Source: Nitrospirota bacterium
GTDB taxonomy: Bacteria > Nitrospirota > UBA9217
Direction: 5' to 3'
Assembly: GCA_963663225.1 (NCBI GenBank)
Contig: OY760142.1
Span: 2,208,001-2,272,000 of the forward strand
DNA length: 64,000 nucleotides
The notes beneath the pieces were generated by a model. The model did no database searches. It worked only from the letters and a program-made list of their open reading frames with translations, and was not told the origin of the DNA. The stretch's first letter is position 1; the number at the start of each line of letters is the position of its first letter. Made by a program: the position numbers and the translations under genes. Shown here in pieces: positions 18,865-29,307 of the stretch.

Positions 18865-21800
18865 ATGAACAAGGCCGTGATGCTGATAAAAGCTTCTAAA
18901 CAAATTTTCCCAAAAGGCATTATTCAAGCAAGCAGATTTATTTTTCTTTTTCTATTACTTTCTACAGGCTGTTTTTCCGTACAGGAAGCATGGAGCGAAG
19001 AAGCCGAAAAACTGGTTGTTGATCTTGATGCCGCACAGGTAAATATATATGAGGGAAGTGATTCTAAATCCACTATTTTTACGTTTGGCGGGAGTTATTT
19101 TCGCGGATTCTATCCAACTCATGAGTGGGAAATGCAAACGCTTACTCCCGACCAGTATCAGCTTAGCCATAAAAGCTGGAAGAACTTTTTCTGGAAGATT
19201 GATCGTGTCCAGAAAAAAGTGTGGCGTGTGAAAGGGACTGATTTAAAAAAGCAGGGAAGCGAAACAACGCTTTTACAAAACATTGTCGTAATCGCTCCGA
19301 ACGACATGTCAAAAAAAAGCTGGCCTCCGAACGCAGCACCGATAAACGGAACAGAAACAAAACGAAATTTTTCAGAAAACAATATCCTTAAGGAACTTCA
19401 GAAAAATGATCCGGGTTGGGGGCATTCTCTCCTGATATCACTAAAGATGGAATCACCACAGATGGTTCTTGATCCAAATGATTCTTCCGTGGAGGTATTA
19501 TTCGAAGATGCGATTATATCCGGCAAAGACGCCTCTGAAGTACGACACGTGAACGCCGATGTTTTTCAATTCCGCTTTACGAATAACAGGCCATTATATT
19601 GGCAAATCAATGTCAAAAGCTTGAGACTGCTTGAGTCATGGCAGGGTAATTTTGGTTTTCTCGGCGGCCGTCTTTCCTCACTTCCAGAAAAAGTTCATTT
19701 GGAAGACCACAAAGCTAATGCTCCAAAGAACGGTGTCACAGGCGATCTTACGATGGCCCGCTATCGGGAAAAATCGTCGCAATCAACCTGGCAGGATTCC
19801 GAAAAAAAATTGAATGAAGCTATTCTACTGAAAAAATCCTACGATATACTGATTGTTCCGTTTCAAGTCAACGGTTACGCAATTGACCGCGTTGATCGCT
19901 CCTTGATGACAAGGTACCTGGATCAGGCTATTGTGTCATTGACGGATTACAAAACACCCAGCCCTACGCTGGTTACGCGGACTTTGGGTGAAGGCGCCCG
20001 CACATATAATGATTATGATATTTTCCAACTGGCCAATAAACTTGATGTTAAACAAATCATACGGGGCTATGTCGGGCACAATTTAAATCAACGAATGTCT
20101 GTAACACTCCTCGTCCAGACAAGAAACAACGGGGAATACTTTTCTCCCGCGACAAAAATCGTAAAATATGAATGGCGCGATATCCTAATCTCTGATGAGC
20201 GTACTCCGGCGGAAGCGTTTGAAAGCATACTACATGATGTGACCGAGCGCCTTTTGCCACAAAAAGCCCTCAAAAGAACGAAAAAAATTATCTCCGAAGA
20301 ACCCACCGTCACCTTGCCTCCGGACATCCTGAAGCTGTCGGCAGATTATCAATCACCGTTAATTCGCGCATACTATCTTCAATTGCTCGGCATGTTGCAT
20401 CCGGAACAATCTATCGCCAAGGAACAGCTTTTTGCGCGGTCATTGACCGCCCTGCGGGAACTGGCTCCGCAATCATCTGCGTTTAAAGTTCTCAAGGCGC
20501 GCGCATTATTCTATCTGTACCGGCGTCCGGCTGCAGTCGCCGCTCTAGGCAGTCCAAACAATGCCGAAGAACGTGCTTTTTTAGCGGTGCTGAACGGGGA
20601 TATCCTGTCGCTCAAACAGGGAATGAAAGACATTCATGATCCTTTGGCCGGACTTATAGCCCAGATTGAGCTGTCAGATCTGTACTGGTCCTACAGCCCT
20701 GACCAAGCACCGATATTGGACAAAGAATCTGTTGTTAAGACATACCCTGGATGGGAAAAGATACTAACTCGGCGTCTTCAGCATCGAGACGGATGGATCG
20801 TGCAGTCCAATCTGGAAACAAAACATGAACTGGATAGTTTATTCTCGATTAAAGACTTTACCGCACGGGACATTCTCAAGACCAAAATTGCAACCGGAGA
20901 ACTCCGGGAGTACGATGATGACATCGTTTTTTCAGTTTATAATCATTACCACCGCTTGATGGAGACCCAGCCTGAATTTCTTCTTGCGCATGAATCAACT
21001 TCGGTTGTACAACGGGACATCCTTGATTTAATGGTTGCAGTCGGAGAATCCAATCTTCTAAAAATAATAAGACTGCGGCGGATGCAAGCCCTGAATGAAG
21101 AGATTATAGCTTTGATTGACAGCTATAAAATGATCTACCAGGGGCATCCCGAAATGGCACACCAAAAAGCGCTTGCGCTGTATAGTATGGCGTATGCCAG
21201 GCAGGGGCAGGCCAAGGAGAATTTACAGAAAGAAGCGGCACAACTGCAACGTGACGCCTGCTTCTGGTCACAGGGGCAGACATGGATTGCTTCACAAAGC
21301 TGTTTTCCGAACAGTTCTTACGATGCAGATTTCCCCCGCCGGTCATATTGGAAATTTTCAAATGACCCCAAAACACTGGCGGACAGGAAGTACGCAGGGT
21401 CACGTGAACATACGCAGCGCGACAACCTAATCATAACGAGCTTCGACCGAAATGAACTTATCAATAAGGAGCTCGCTCTTCTTTATACACAGACCGATTT
21501 TTCAAAACTGGCTGATTACCATAAGAAACTGAAAGAGATACGAATGGATGAAGAAGCTGATAACCTGCTGAAGAAAAACAATCAACGGTTTCTGGGCAAC
21601 TCCAGCAGAATATATTTTTACGCGAAACTGGCGGAGGACGCCGGAAACGTGAACCAGGCGAGAACGCTTTTTGAAGAAGCTATTCTTCTTCAGCCAAATG
21701 ACTGGAGCCCTTATCAAGGCCTGAGCTCTTTGCTAATACGCTCAGGTGACTACAGGGCCGCATCAAAAGCAGCACTGAGGTATCCTTTATTTGCAGCTCC

Positions 21801-23118
21801 AAAAAGTGGAAAAGTTGATCAAAATACCGATACTGTTGCCCTATCCAATCATGCCTATCACATCGGAAGCGACCTTTGGTGGACCGGTGCGCCGGAAGAG
21901 GCCAAACCACTGTTTCTTCTGTCCGCAGGCTACCAAACCGGTTCTGGAGCGGGAATGATCAGCGAGGCTTCTTTGGCTCTTATGGAGAGTGATTATCAGA
22001 AGGCGGCTCAAATTTATTTAAAAACTGCGAAACGCTACAATCAGCCAAGAAATTACTACTGGTACGCCGAATTGCTGCATGTTATGGGATTTCATAATGA
22101 AGCATGGTCTGTATTCTCTCAAACACAAAGCCGTTCAAATAATAATCTTGCGTGGAGTCCGGTTCTGATCGGCCATAGAATCGAAGGCAAAACGTCGGCT
22201 GAGCAACTCCGCTGGCTGAACGAACAGCCGGCAAGTGTACAGGCGTCACACGATGCCTACGAGTTTATTTTTCTCATTCACGCGCTCGATCGAACCCCCG
22301 GTACGAATCTTTCAAACCTGCTGCAGGAACACAAGAACTCGATCGAGCAATCAAAGCAGCAGCAACAATCCCCTGCTGTCCAGAAAATGAATCAGCAAAA
22401 CCCTGAACCTGACTATTCCGTCGCGTTAAAAAAGAATCTTGCACAAAAATTTGGAGAACCAGCCATGCCTTTTTCGGAAGGTTATGCATATCTGAAAAAA
22501 CGCCGCTTTTCAGACGCCTATGCAGCGCTCAAGGAGAGATTCCTGAATACTTGGATAAGAAAGGATATGTTCAGTTATGCGATCCCGTATCTTGCGTGGA
22601 GCGGCGCGAAGAGCGGAGCTTCAGCGGAAGTGGAACCATATCTGGCTAAATATAAAAAAGAACTAAATGACGATTTTGATTATTATCTTGCCATGGCTTT
22701 TTTGACGGGAAGCAAAAAAGAATACAACGAGTCAATCAAAAACCTTAAATCGGCTCGCAACCACCTGTTGAACGCAAACGGGAAGCGGTTTATGCCCGCA
22801 TGGTATCAGCTAATGGAAACATGCGAATGGCTTTATAATGACACGGATGTTGAAACGTATCGGGAACTGCTTCTTGAATTGTCACGCGCATATCAAAAAA
22901 TCAGGTCGATGGATTCATGGGCGTATGCATTCGAGGCGAAATACACGAAAATCGCTGCTGACCGTATGCGGGCTTTAGCCATGACGCTTTATTTGGACAA
23001 ACGATCAGAGCGTATTTCCCGGTTTTCCAATTCCGAGAAAAAAAATGCCAAGGAGTGGCTTGAAACGAACAACCCATTTCTTCAGCAAATCCCCAGCATT
23101 CACAAAACAGAAACATGA
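18865..23118 (+). CDS. Large exported TPR-repeat-containing hypothetical protein (1417 aa)
   Basis: Long ORF, RBS GGAGGAG, signal-like N-terminus, TPR-like segments (ARTLFEEAILLQPNDWSPYQGLS). Confidence 0.7.
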   Translation: MNKAVMLIKASKQIFPKGIIQASRFIFLFLLLSTGCFSVQEAWSEEAEKLVVDLDAAQVNIYEGSDSKSTIFTFGGSYFRGFYPTHEWEMQTLTPDQYQLSHKSWKNFFWKIDRVQKKVWRVKGTDLKKQGSETTLLQNIVVIAPNDMSKKSWPPNAAPINGTETKRNFSENNILKELQKNDPGWGHSLLISLKMESPQMVLDPNDSSVEVLFEDAIISGKDASEVRHVNADVFQFRFTNNRPLYWQINVKSLRLLESWQGNFGFLGGRLSSLPEKVHLEDHKANAPKNGVTGDLTMARYREKSSQSTWQDSEKKLNEAILLKKSYDILIVPFQVNGYAIDRVDRSLMTRYLDQAIVSLTDYKTPSPTLVTRTLGEGARTYNDYDIFQLANKLDVKQIIRGYVGHNLNQRMSVTLLVQTRNNGEYFSPATKIVKYEWRDILISDERTPAEAFESILHDVTERLLPQKALKRTKKIISEEPTVTLPPDILKLSADYQSPLIRAYYLQLLGMLHPEQSIAKEQLFARSLTALRELAPQSSAFKVLKARALFYLYRRPAAVAALGSPNNAEERAFLAVLNGDILSLKQGMKDIHDPLAGLIAQIELSDLYWSYSPDQAPILDKESVVKTYPGWEKILTRRLQHRDGWIVQSNLETKHELDSLFSIKDFTARDILKTKIATGELREYDDDIVFSVYNHYHRLMETQPEFLLAHESTSVVQRDILDLMVAVGESNLLKIIRLRRMQALNEEIIALIDSYKMIYQGHPEMAHQKALALYSMAYARQGQAKENLQKEAAQLQRDACFWSQGQTWIASQSCFPNSSYDADFPRRSYWKFSNDPKTLADRKYAGSREHTQRDNLIITSFDRNELINKELALLYTQTDFSKLADYHKKLKEIRMDEEADNLLKKNNQRFLGNSSRIYFYAKLAEDAGNVNQARTLFEEAILLQPNDWSPYQGLSSLLIRSGDYRAASKAALRYPLFAAPKSGKVDQNTDTVALSNHAYHIGSDLWWTGAPEEAKPLFLLSAGYQTGSGAGMISEASLALMESDYQKAAQIYLKTAKRYNQPRNYYWYAELLHVMGFHNEAWSVFSQTQSRSNNNLAWSPVLIGHRIEGKTSAEQLRWLNEQPASVQASHDAYEFIFLIHALDRTPGTNLSNLLQEHKNSIEQSKQQQQSPAVQKMNQQNPEPDYSVALKKNLAQKFGEPAMPFSEGYAYLKKRRFSDAYAALKERFLNTWIRKDMFSYAIPYLAWSGAKSGASAEVEPYLAKYKKELNDDFDYYLAMAFLTGSKKEYNESIKNLKSARNHLLNANGKRFMPAWYQLMETCEWLYNDTDVETYRELLLELSRAYQKIRSMDSWAYAFEAKYTKIAADRMRALAMTLYLDKRSERISRFSNSEKKNAKEWLETNNPFLQQIPSIHKTET

Positions 23119-23330
23119 CTGAGTGCTGACTTCAATTGATGTATCAGTTTAGTTTCTGAAACCTTGTAATATAAGTCCCATCAGAACTGTTCTACTCACA
23201 CGGCAGGGTGTCCTTCGGTTTCTGTCTAGAAAAATATTCTGTAATATAAGAATTTTTTGCTTTTTAAAAATACCTTATCCTTCTTGACAGCGCTTGACAG
23301 TATATATAAAGTAGCATGAATAAATTCAAC

Positions 23331-23341
23331 GGGGGGGGGGG
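23331..23341 (+). repeat. G11 homopolymer at the RBS position
   Basis: AAC-GGGGGGGGGGG-TGGAAT-ATG. Confidence 0.85.
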
Positions 23342-23347
23342 TGGAAT

Positions 23348-23845
23348 ATGAAATATTTTTTATCAGTTATCGCTTTCAGTTTGGTTGTGTTCCTGGCTGT
23401 TCCCGCTTTTGCTGAAGAAAGTAATGCATCATTTGGAGCGAATCAGTTTAGAATCGGCGTCGGTGGCGGTATTCCCTATGGCGGCTGGGGTGTGAATGGT
23501 GAATATCGCTTCAATAAATATGTGTCCGCTTCCGCCGGACTCGGCGTTTGGAAACATGAATCGCCGGGTTTTGCCGTAGGCGCGATGTTCTACCCTTTTA
23601 AAAATGACGGATGGATCAGTCCGCGATTTTCCGCTTATTTTGGCAGAGTTTCGACGTATGATTGGGGTAATCCGACGGGACATACCTATCGAGCCGTATA
23701 TGGCGGCGCGGTGGGTCCCGGTTTTGAATGGCGCATCTATAAGAGGCTTACGTTTGGTTTGGATCTGTTCTATCTGGCAAAAAACGCACCTAACGGTTAC
23801 AGACACGGCATAGACGCTTCCGCAGGGTTTGGGATCACGTTCTAA
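23348..23845 (+). CDS. Small outer-membrane beta-barrel protein
   Basis: Signal peptide ending AFA, alternating amphipathic strands, C-terminal GFGITF. Confidence 0.7.
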   Translation: MKYFLSVIAFSLVVFLAVPAFAEESNASFGANQFRIGVGGGIPYGGWGVNGEYRFNKYVSASAGLGVWKHESPGFAVGAMFYPFKNDGWISPRFSAYFGRVSTYDWGNPTGHTYRAVYGGAVGPGFEWRIYKRLTFGLDLFYLAKNAPNGYRHGIDASAGFGITF

Positions 23846-23988
23846 ATATAGATTTAAACTTTTTTGGCTGATTGTTGTCCTGATCAAAATATTTATTGAC
23901 GGGAATACTTTCAGCCTTTTTTTGCTAGAACCACAGGGTATTAATATGGTAAAATTTATAAGTTTTTTCAGCCGAGGAGACACTATCA

Positions 23989-24612
23989 TTGGGAAACACA
24001 ACGTGGGAAGTCGGATTAACGTTTTCAATCGAGCTCTTCTACAAGAGCTATGTGCCTGCCAAACTGCTTGGATGGGAGGAAGGCGCATTTCTGATGACAA
24101 CGCCGGTCACCGCGCAAGGGGATCAGGCGGGTGTCAAGAGCAACGACACTATTAAAATGCGTTTTCTGAAAGAAGGGAACGCATACGGTTGCATAGCCGA
24201 AGTCATTCATATCCAGCACTATCCATTTCCTCTTATGTTCATCAAGTATCCCGCAAATATAGAGTGTGTGAAACTGAGAGTCTCACCGAGAATAAAAATC
24301 TATCTTCCCGCCATCTTGCATGACGCTTCGGGCGCTGTAGTCTCTCCTGACGCGACAATGCTTGATATCAGCGAAGGCGGCTGCAGGGTGGTAGTGCCGG
24401 CAAGGGAGGGGTTGAAGCTTTCCCCTGATGTTTCGTATGCGATCACGTTTCTGGCGCGCGACAAGGAATTCAAAGTGGCCTGCGACATGAAACAGCTGAA
24501 GGAGGAGACGGAATTTCACTCGCTTGGTTTGGAGTTCCGGAAAGATTCAGACCAGTTCAAACAGGAGCTGAGTTCGTTTCTCGACTTTCTGAGCAAATAT
24601 GCCCGGGCATAG
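23989..24612 (+). CDS. YcgR-like flagellar brake protein with PilZ domain
   Basis: YPFPLMFIKYP, RVSPR (RxxxR), DISEGG (DxSxxG). Confidence 0.82.
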   Translation: MGNTTWEVGLTFSIELFYKSYVPAKLLGWEEGAFLMTTPVTAQGDQAGVKSNDTIKMRFLKEGNAYGCIAEVIHIQHYPFPLMFIKYPANIECVKLRVSPRIKIYLPAILHDASGAVVSPDATMLDISEGGCRVVVPAREGLKLSPDVSYAITFLARDKEFKVACDMKQLKEETEFHSLGLEFRKDSDQFKQELSSFLDFLSKYARA

Positions 24613-24710
24613 TATGACGTGAGTTTGTTGCGTGGTTTCTTCAGAGAGGCGTCCCAAAATTCGGTACCATAAGCGGACGAGTAATAAAGGTGTCCAGGGT
24701 ATCGTGATTT

Positions 24711-25085
24711 CTAGAACTTGTATCTTAATACGACGCCGACATATGTGTTAATAACTATCGGCGAATTTAACTGCCTGCCCATGAGCGGACCTATGCTCAA
24801 GCTTTCCGAAATGGATTTTCCCAAATCAGAGAGATGCCTTACTTCTTCGGTGTTTTTCTTCAGCATAGCGACCGTTGCAGTTTTGTTATTCGATATAATT
24901 AAAATTTGTTTTGGCTCACTCATATGGTCATCGGTCGGTGTCTGCGGCTCTGACTGCGATGTTTTTGGAAAATCGGCCCCTGATTGATCCGATGATGCCT
25001 CGATGGCCGGAATAGAAGATAAATGAAAAACCGTAGAAAATATGATAATAAGTGCTATTTTATGCCAACCGTTAATCACATCCAT
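24711..25085 (-). CDS. Hypothetical exported protein
   Basis: Signal-like N-terminus, C-terminal VVLRYKF, RBS-like GAGGA upstream. Confidence 0.5.
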   Translation of the reverse strand: MDVINGWHKIALIIIFSTVFHLSSIPAIEASSDQSGADFPKTSQSEPQTPTDDHMSEPKQILIISNNKTATVAMLKKNTEEVRHLSDLGKSISESLSIGPLMGRQLNSPIVINTYVGVVLRYKF

Positions 25086-25353
25086 GAGCCGTCCTCATCG
25101 CACGTAAAGTATTAGAAGCAAAACCATGATCATATTCTACCCCTACATCTATTTGATTCCAGTGACGGATATCACAGGGATGAAAATATTTCAGGGTTCC
25201 AGTTTGGTATTACAAGTAAAAGTATTGAAAACATTTTTTGCGATATTGACCTCTAACCGTAGAGCCGAGCCTACTGGGGCATATCTTGCATTGATCGGTG
25301 CGTTAGGTGCGATTGGCATCCTCAGTCAGAACTGTTTATGGAAGGCAGGTGTG

Positions 25354-25817
25354 ATGAGAAAAAACGATACAATCAGTCCTGAGACCCGTTTCAGTTAAAC
25401 CGCTTCATAATCGCTCAGGAAAAAATTTATGATGTTGTTCTTGAGGAGTTGCGAGAGGGCCAGAAGCAGTCTCACTGGATGTGGTATATCTTTCCGCAAA
25501 TTGACGGACTGGCCCAGAGCGCAACTTCAAAATATTACACCATCAAAAGCGTTGAGGAAGCTCGGCAATATCTGGAGCATCCGGTTCTGGGTAAGCAGCT
25601 GGTGGAATGTGCTGAGTTGGTGCTTGCCGTTAAGGGGCGGTCTATTTCGCAGATTTTCGGCTACCCTGACGATATGAAATTCAAATCATGCATGACATTG
25701 TTTGCGCATGCAGCTCCTTCCCACGCGGTATTTGCGCAGGCCATTGATAAGTATTTTAACGGAGAGCAGGATGCGAAAACGCTTCAGATATTAGAAAAGG
25801 GTAAATTTAGAGACTAA
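25354..25817 (+). pseudogene. DUF1810 family protein with disrupted 5' end (frameshift near 25380)
   Basis: DPFQLNRFIIAQEKIYDVVLEELREGQKQSHWMWYIFPQ begins at 25383 behind an in-frame TGA; the likely start ATG 25354 is in another frame. Confidence 0.65.
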
Positions 25818-25898
25818 TAAGCTACTTTTTTATATTAGTGACAGGATAGATTATGCTCCATATGCTGTTATATTCTGCTAAGATAAGGGTGACCGAAA

Positions 25899-26087
25899 AT
25901 GAATATCACAGAACGAGATCGGAAAATGGCTAACTTCTGCCGCAACGCGTGTCCCGTATGTAAACACGCCAGAAAAAAACAGTCAGGAGTGGCATTTCAC
26001 TTTGTGAAAGAGGTTGAAGACAGGGTTTGCCCGTTTTGCAAAGCTTATGCACGGGTCTATGGAAAAAAATCGCATGAACCTGCGTGA
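25899..26087 (+). CDS. Small Cys-rich hypothetical protein
   Basis: CRNACPVC...CPFC in 62 aa. Confidence 0.65.
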   Translation: MNITERDRKMANFCRNACPVCKHARKKQSGVAFHFVKEVEDRVCPFCKAYARVYGKKSHEPA

Positions 26088-26141
26088 CGCAATACAGTAT
26101 TGTTTAGTTGATGTACATGGTTAAAAAGATGGGGAGGCAAA

Positions 26142-26861
26142 ATGAATCAGATAAGTCGTGGGTCAAAAGGAAAACAAAACTTTTGCTTTTTGATCGCGTT
26201 TTTTTTGTTTATGATTTCTGCCGCGCATGCTACAGAGCAAGCACAAACAAGTCCTCCGATTGGTTGTGATCCTTGCAAACATAACGACCTGATAGAACTA
26301 ACCAGGCTCGATTCGACAATCCACCTCGATATCCGTTACGCCACGGACAACAATTTTTTCGGCAGGGCGGTATATTCCGAGCCGCGCGCGTTTCTTCAAC
26401 GGCCTGCAGCGGAAGCGCTTGCTTCCGCCCACCGATGGCTAAAAGCGCAAGGTTATGGATTGGTGATTCATGATGCCTATCGACCCTGGTCAGTTACTAA
26501 ATTGTTTTGGGACATCACGCCGCCTGCTAAACGGATTTTCGTCGCAGATCCTTCTATCGGATCCGTGCACAACCGGGGATGCTCAGTGGATGTGGGGCTG
26601 TATGATCTCCGTACCGGCCGCGAAGTTGAAATGCCAAGCGACTATGATGAAATGACTGAGCGCGCATTCGTTACTTACACAGGCGGGACCGTTGAGCAAC
26701 GCACACGCCGGGATTTATTGCGAACAGCCATGAAGCGGGAAGGATACTTCTTCCCCTACCCGGAAGAATGGTGGCACTACGACTTCAAGGACTATCGTGA
26801 TTATAGAATTCTAGACATTCCCTTTTCAGCCATCGCACCCGCGGCAGGATCCAGGAAATAA
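26142..26861 (+). CDS. ddpX: D-alanyl-D-alanine dipeptidase (peptidase M15D, VanX/DdpX-like), exported
   Basis: DIRYATDNNFFG, DAYRP, SVHNRGCSVD, EEWWHY. Confidence 0.88.
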   Translation: MNQISRGSKGKQNFCFLIAFFLFMISAAHATEQAQTSPPIGCDPCKHNDLIELTRLDSTIHLDIRYATDNNFFGRAVYSEPRAFLQRPAAEALASAHRWLKAQGYGLVIHDAYRPWSVTKLFWDITPPAKRIFVADPSIGSVHNRGCSVDVGLYDLRTGREVEMPSDYDEMTERAFVTYTGGTVEQRTRRDLLRTAMKREGYFFPYPEEWWHYDFKDYRDYRILDIPFSAIAPAAGSRK

Positions 26862-27097
26862 GAACCGGATCAAGCGCGTTAAGCGCGGTATTGTCCCGCA
26901 CCTTATTTGTTCGAAGTTTAAAAAATGAAATGACGCAAAACGGTAATTTCTTTCTTCGTAACGGTTGCTGTGGATTTTTCTGGCAGGTTTGCGTGGAATG
27001 CGAATTATTGTTTAGGAAATTTCGCTGTCAGCATTCACGATGCACGGAGACTGTTGCGGCTTATGTTTAGCGCGTTCTGATGTAAAAAAACCTTTGT

Positions 27098-27511
27098 TTA
27101 CGCCTCTTCCCTGATCTCTTTCAATATGCTTTCAATATCAATGCCTGTTTTATTGAGCCATTTCAAAGCCGACTCCGCGTCACGGAACACATTTATTTGA
27201 ACAGGGGAATTGTCTTCGCTTATCAGCTGATGCATGCGACTCATTCCAAAAACGACATCATCCGGTGAAATAACCGCCAGCCTGCCGTTAGATGGATTTT
27301 TCTCCATTCTTCGTTCGGCTAACATGCGCATCTCTTCACTGGTATAGTGATGTTCAAGCCGGGTATTATCAAAAATTCCATCATAACTTGGAACAAAATC
27401 AGGATCGATTCTCAGGCGTTTGCTCATTTCCATGACGTCTTCCACAGGAGTTACTCCCCAGCTGCAAAATACGACGAGCTTGTATTCCGGAAGAATCCGA
27501 TATTTAATCAC
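27098..27511 (-). CDS. SpoIIAA-like (STAS/SEC14) hypothetical protein
   Basis: LAVISPDDVVFGMSRM, VFRDAESALKWL. Confidence 0.65.
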   Translation of the reverse strand: MIKYRILPEYKLVVFCSWGVTPVEDVMEMSKRLRIDPDFVPSYDGIFDNTRLEHHYTSEEMRMLAERRMEKNPSNGRLAVISPDDVVFGMSRMHQLISEDNSPVQINVFRDAESALKWLNKTGIDIESILKEIREEA

Positions 27512-27648
27512 TCTATCTCCTTGGTATTGGAGTCTGAAATGGGAGTATCTGTCCCAATTACATATGATATCATATTAGCAGTTTTCAACGCCGGTCGTCA
27601 ACAATGCGTGCCGGTCCCTTGATCTTAATGGTTTTTGAAATTTCTGTA

Positions 27649-28701
27649 TTAATTCTTCTGCTTTTTTACTGATTTAATGAACCGGCCAAAGGCTTTGTCC
27701 TTTTTTCGTTTGTCCAGATATGACATCCCGTGAAATTCCGACTCTTTTTTGAGCTTGATATAGTTTGCATAACGATCCTCGGACAAGTCACCATTCTCGA
27801 CCGCGGCGCGGACCGCGCAACCCGGCTCGTGTTCATGGATGCAATCCGTATAACGGCACTGCGCGGAAAGACCGAGAAATTCTTCGAAACCCATGTTGAC
27901 CCCATCGGTTGCACCAACAATGCCCAGTTCCCTCATGCCGGGCGTATCAATCAACATCGCGCCCTGGTTCAGAACAAGAAGGTGCCGTCGGGAAGTAGTA
28001 TGGGTGCCTTCTCCCGTGGCGCTGACAGCTTTTGTTTCGAAAGTTTCCCGGCCGATAAGGCGGTTGATGAGAGTCGTCTTCCCGACTCCCGAGGAACCAA
28101 GCAGACAGTACGTGTTTCCCGAGGAGAGAGTCTGTTGAAACTCATCAAAGCCGGTACCGGTGACATTGCTCAGAGCGATTACTCTGGCTTTGGTGGCAGA
28201 GCTGATGATTTCGATCTTCTGTTCCAATTCATCGAGGGATATCAAATCCGTTTTGGTGAGTATGACAACCGGTTCAACATGTCCATCGGCCGCCATTACA
28301 AGATACCGGTCCAAACGGCGCGGGTTGAAATCAAAATGGCATGATTGAACAATAAAAGCGGTGTCTATATTGGCGGCAATCATCTGGACATCGACGTTTT
28401 CACCAGCGGTCTTGCGCCGCAGGAACGTTTTTCGCGGAAGCACCAGGTGGATAAGAGCTGCCGTGTCATTGTTGTAATAGTTTGCCGTCACCCAATCTCC
28501 GACACACGGCAGTTCTACGGAACTTTCAATTTGATAAGAAAGCTTTCCTGTCAGTTCAGCCGGAACTTCTCCGGATTCGTTCTTTATGAGATATGAGCCG
28601 CGGTCAACCGCGGTTACGCGGGCAAAGCTGCATCCCTCTCGTCGGAACTCTGCGGAATGTGCGTCAAACCATTGGTCAAATCCCAGATCAGTTAATTTCA
28701 T
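27649..28701 (-). CDS. rsgA: Ribosome small subunit-dependent GTPase A
   Basis: TKTDL, GSSGVGKTT, HTTS, DTPGMRE, CRYTDCIHEHEPGC zinc finger. Confidence 0.95.
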   Translation of the reverse strand: MKLTDLGFDQWFDAHSAEFRREGCSFARVTAVDRGSYLIKNESGEVPAELTGKLSYQIESSVELPCVGDWVTANYYNNDTAALIHLVLPRKTFLRRKTAGENVDVQMIAANIDTAFIVQSCHFDFNPRRLDRYLVMAADGHVEPVVILTKTDLISLDELEQKIEIISSATKARVIALSNVTGTGFDEFQQTLSSGNTYCLLGSSGVGKTTLINRLIGRETFETKAVSATGEGTHTTSRRHLLVLNQGAMLIDTPGMRELGIVGATDGVNMGFEEFLGLSAQCRYTDCIHEHEPGCAVRAAVENGDLSEDRYANYIKLKKESEFHGMSYLDKRKKDKAFGRFIKSVKKQKN

Positions 28702-28802
28702 AGAAGCGTACCATCGAATGGGGGTATGAGTCGCACGTCATTGTGCGTTGGCTTCGAGTCGTTTGTTGATATTTTGGTTTATTTCGTTCAGCGCTATTAT
28801 AT

Positions 28803-28834
28803 CGGGGTTCGCTGCGCTCTACTACCCGACCTGC
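28803..28834. repeat. Degenerate REP-like element, copy 1
   Basis: CGGGGTTCGCTGCGCTCTACTACCCGACCTGC; similar to 29308-29338. Confidence 0.55.
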
Positions 28835-28867
28835 TGACTTATCTTGTCGATCCAGTTTATACGGTGA

Positions 28868-29284
28868 TTATGCATTGTCGTCTTTCGGCCCGGGCCAAAA
28901 ATGAGGGTTCCAGGCTACTTCCCATAGATGTCCATCGGGATCGGCGAAGTATCCCGAGTAGCCTCCCCAAAATACGGTTTGGGCCGGTTTGACAATTTTT
29001 CCGCCAGATCGCACAGCTTGATCTAGAACCTTCACGACTTCCTCTTTGCTCGATACAACGTGTGCTAAGGTAATCCCTCGAAAACCATTTCCGCTAGGAG
29101 CAACCATAGCATCTTCAGCAAGCGCATCCCAAGGATACAGTGACAGCCATGACCCGTTCAACGTGAAGAAAGCGGCGCCTCCTTCAAAAGGCATACGAGG
29201 AAGGCCAAGTCCTTTTTCGTAGAACCGAACTGACCTTTCCATATCTGTAACACCGAGTGTAATCATGCTGACACGTGGTTTCAT
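28868..29284 (-). CDS. VOC/glyoxalase family protein
   Basis: ITLGVTDMERSVRFY, FWGGYSGYFADPDGHLWEVAWNP. Confidence 0.92.
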   Translation of the reverse strand: MKPRVSMITLGVTDMERSVRFYEKGLGLPRMPFEGGAAFFTLNGSWLSLYPWDALAEDAMVAPSGNGFRGITLAHVVSSKEEVVKVLDQAVRSGGKIVKPAQTVFWGGYSGYFADPDGHLWEVAWNPHFWPGPKDDNA

Positions 29285-29307
29285 TTATCATTCCTTTCTA
29301 GATCGTA

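Noticed and set aside
25380-25382. In-frame TGA before the DUF1810 core as Sec
   Set aside because: Not a Cys-type position, no hairpin evident, and a 1-nt frameshift explains it more simply.
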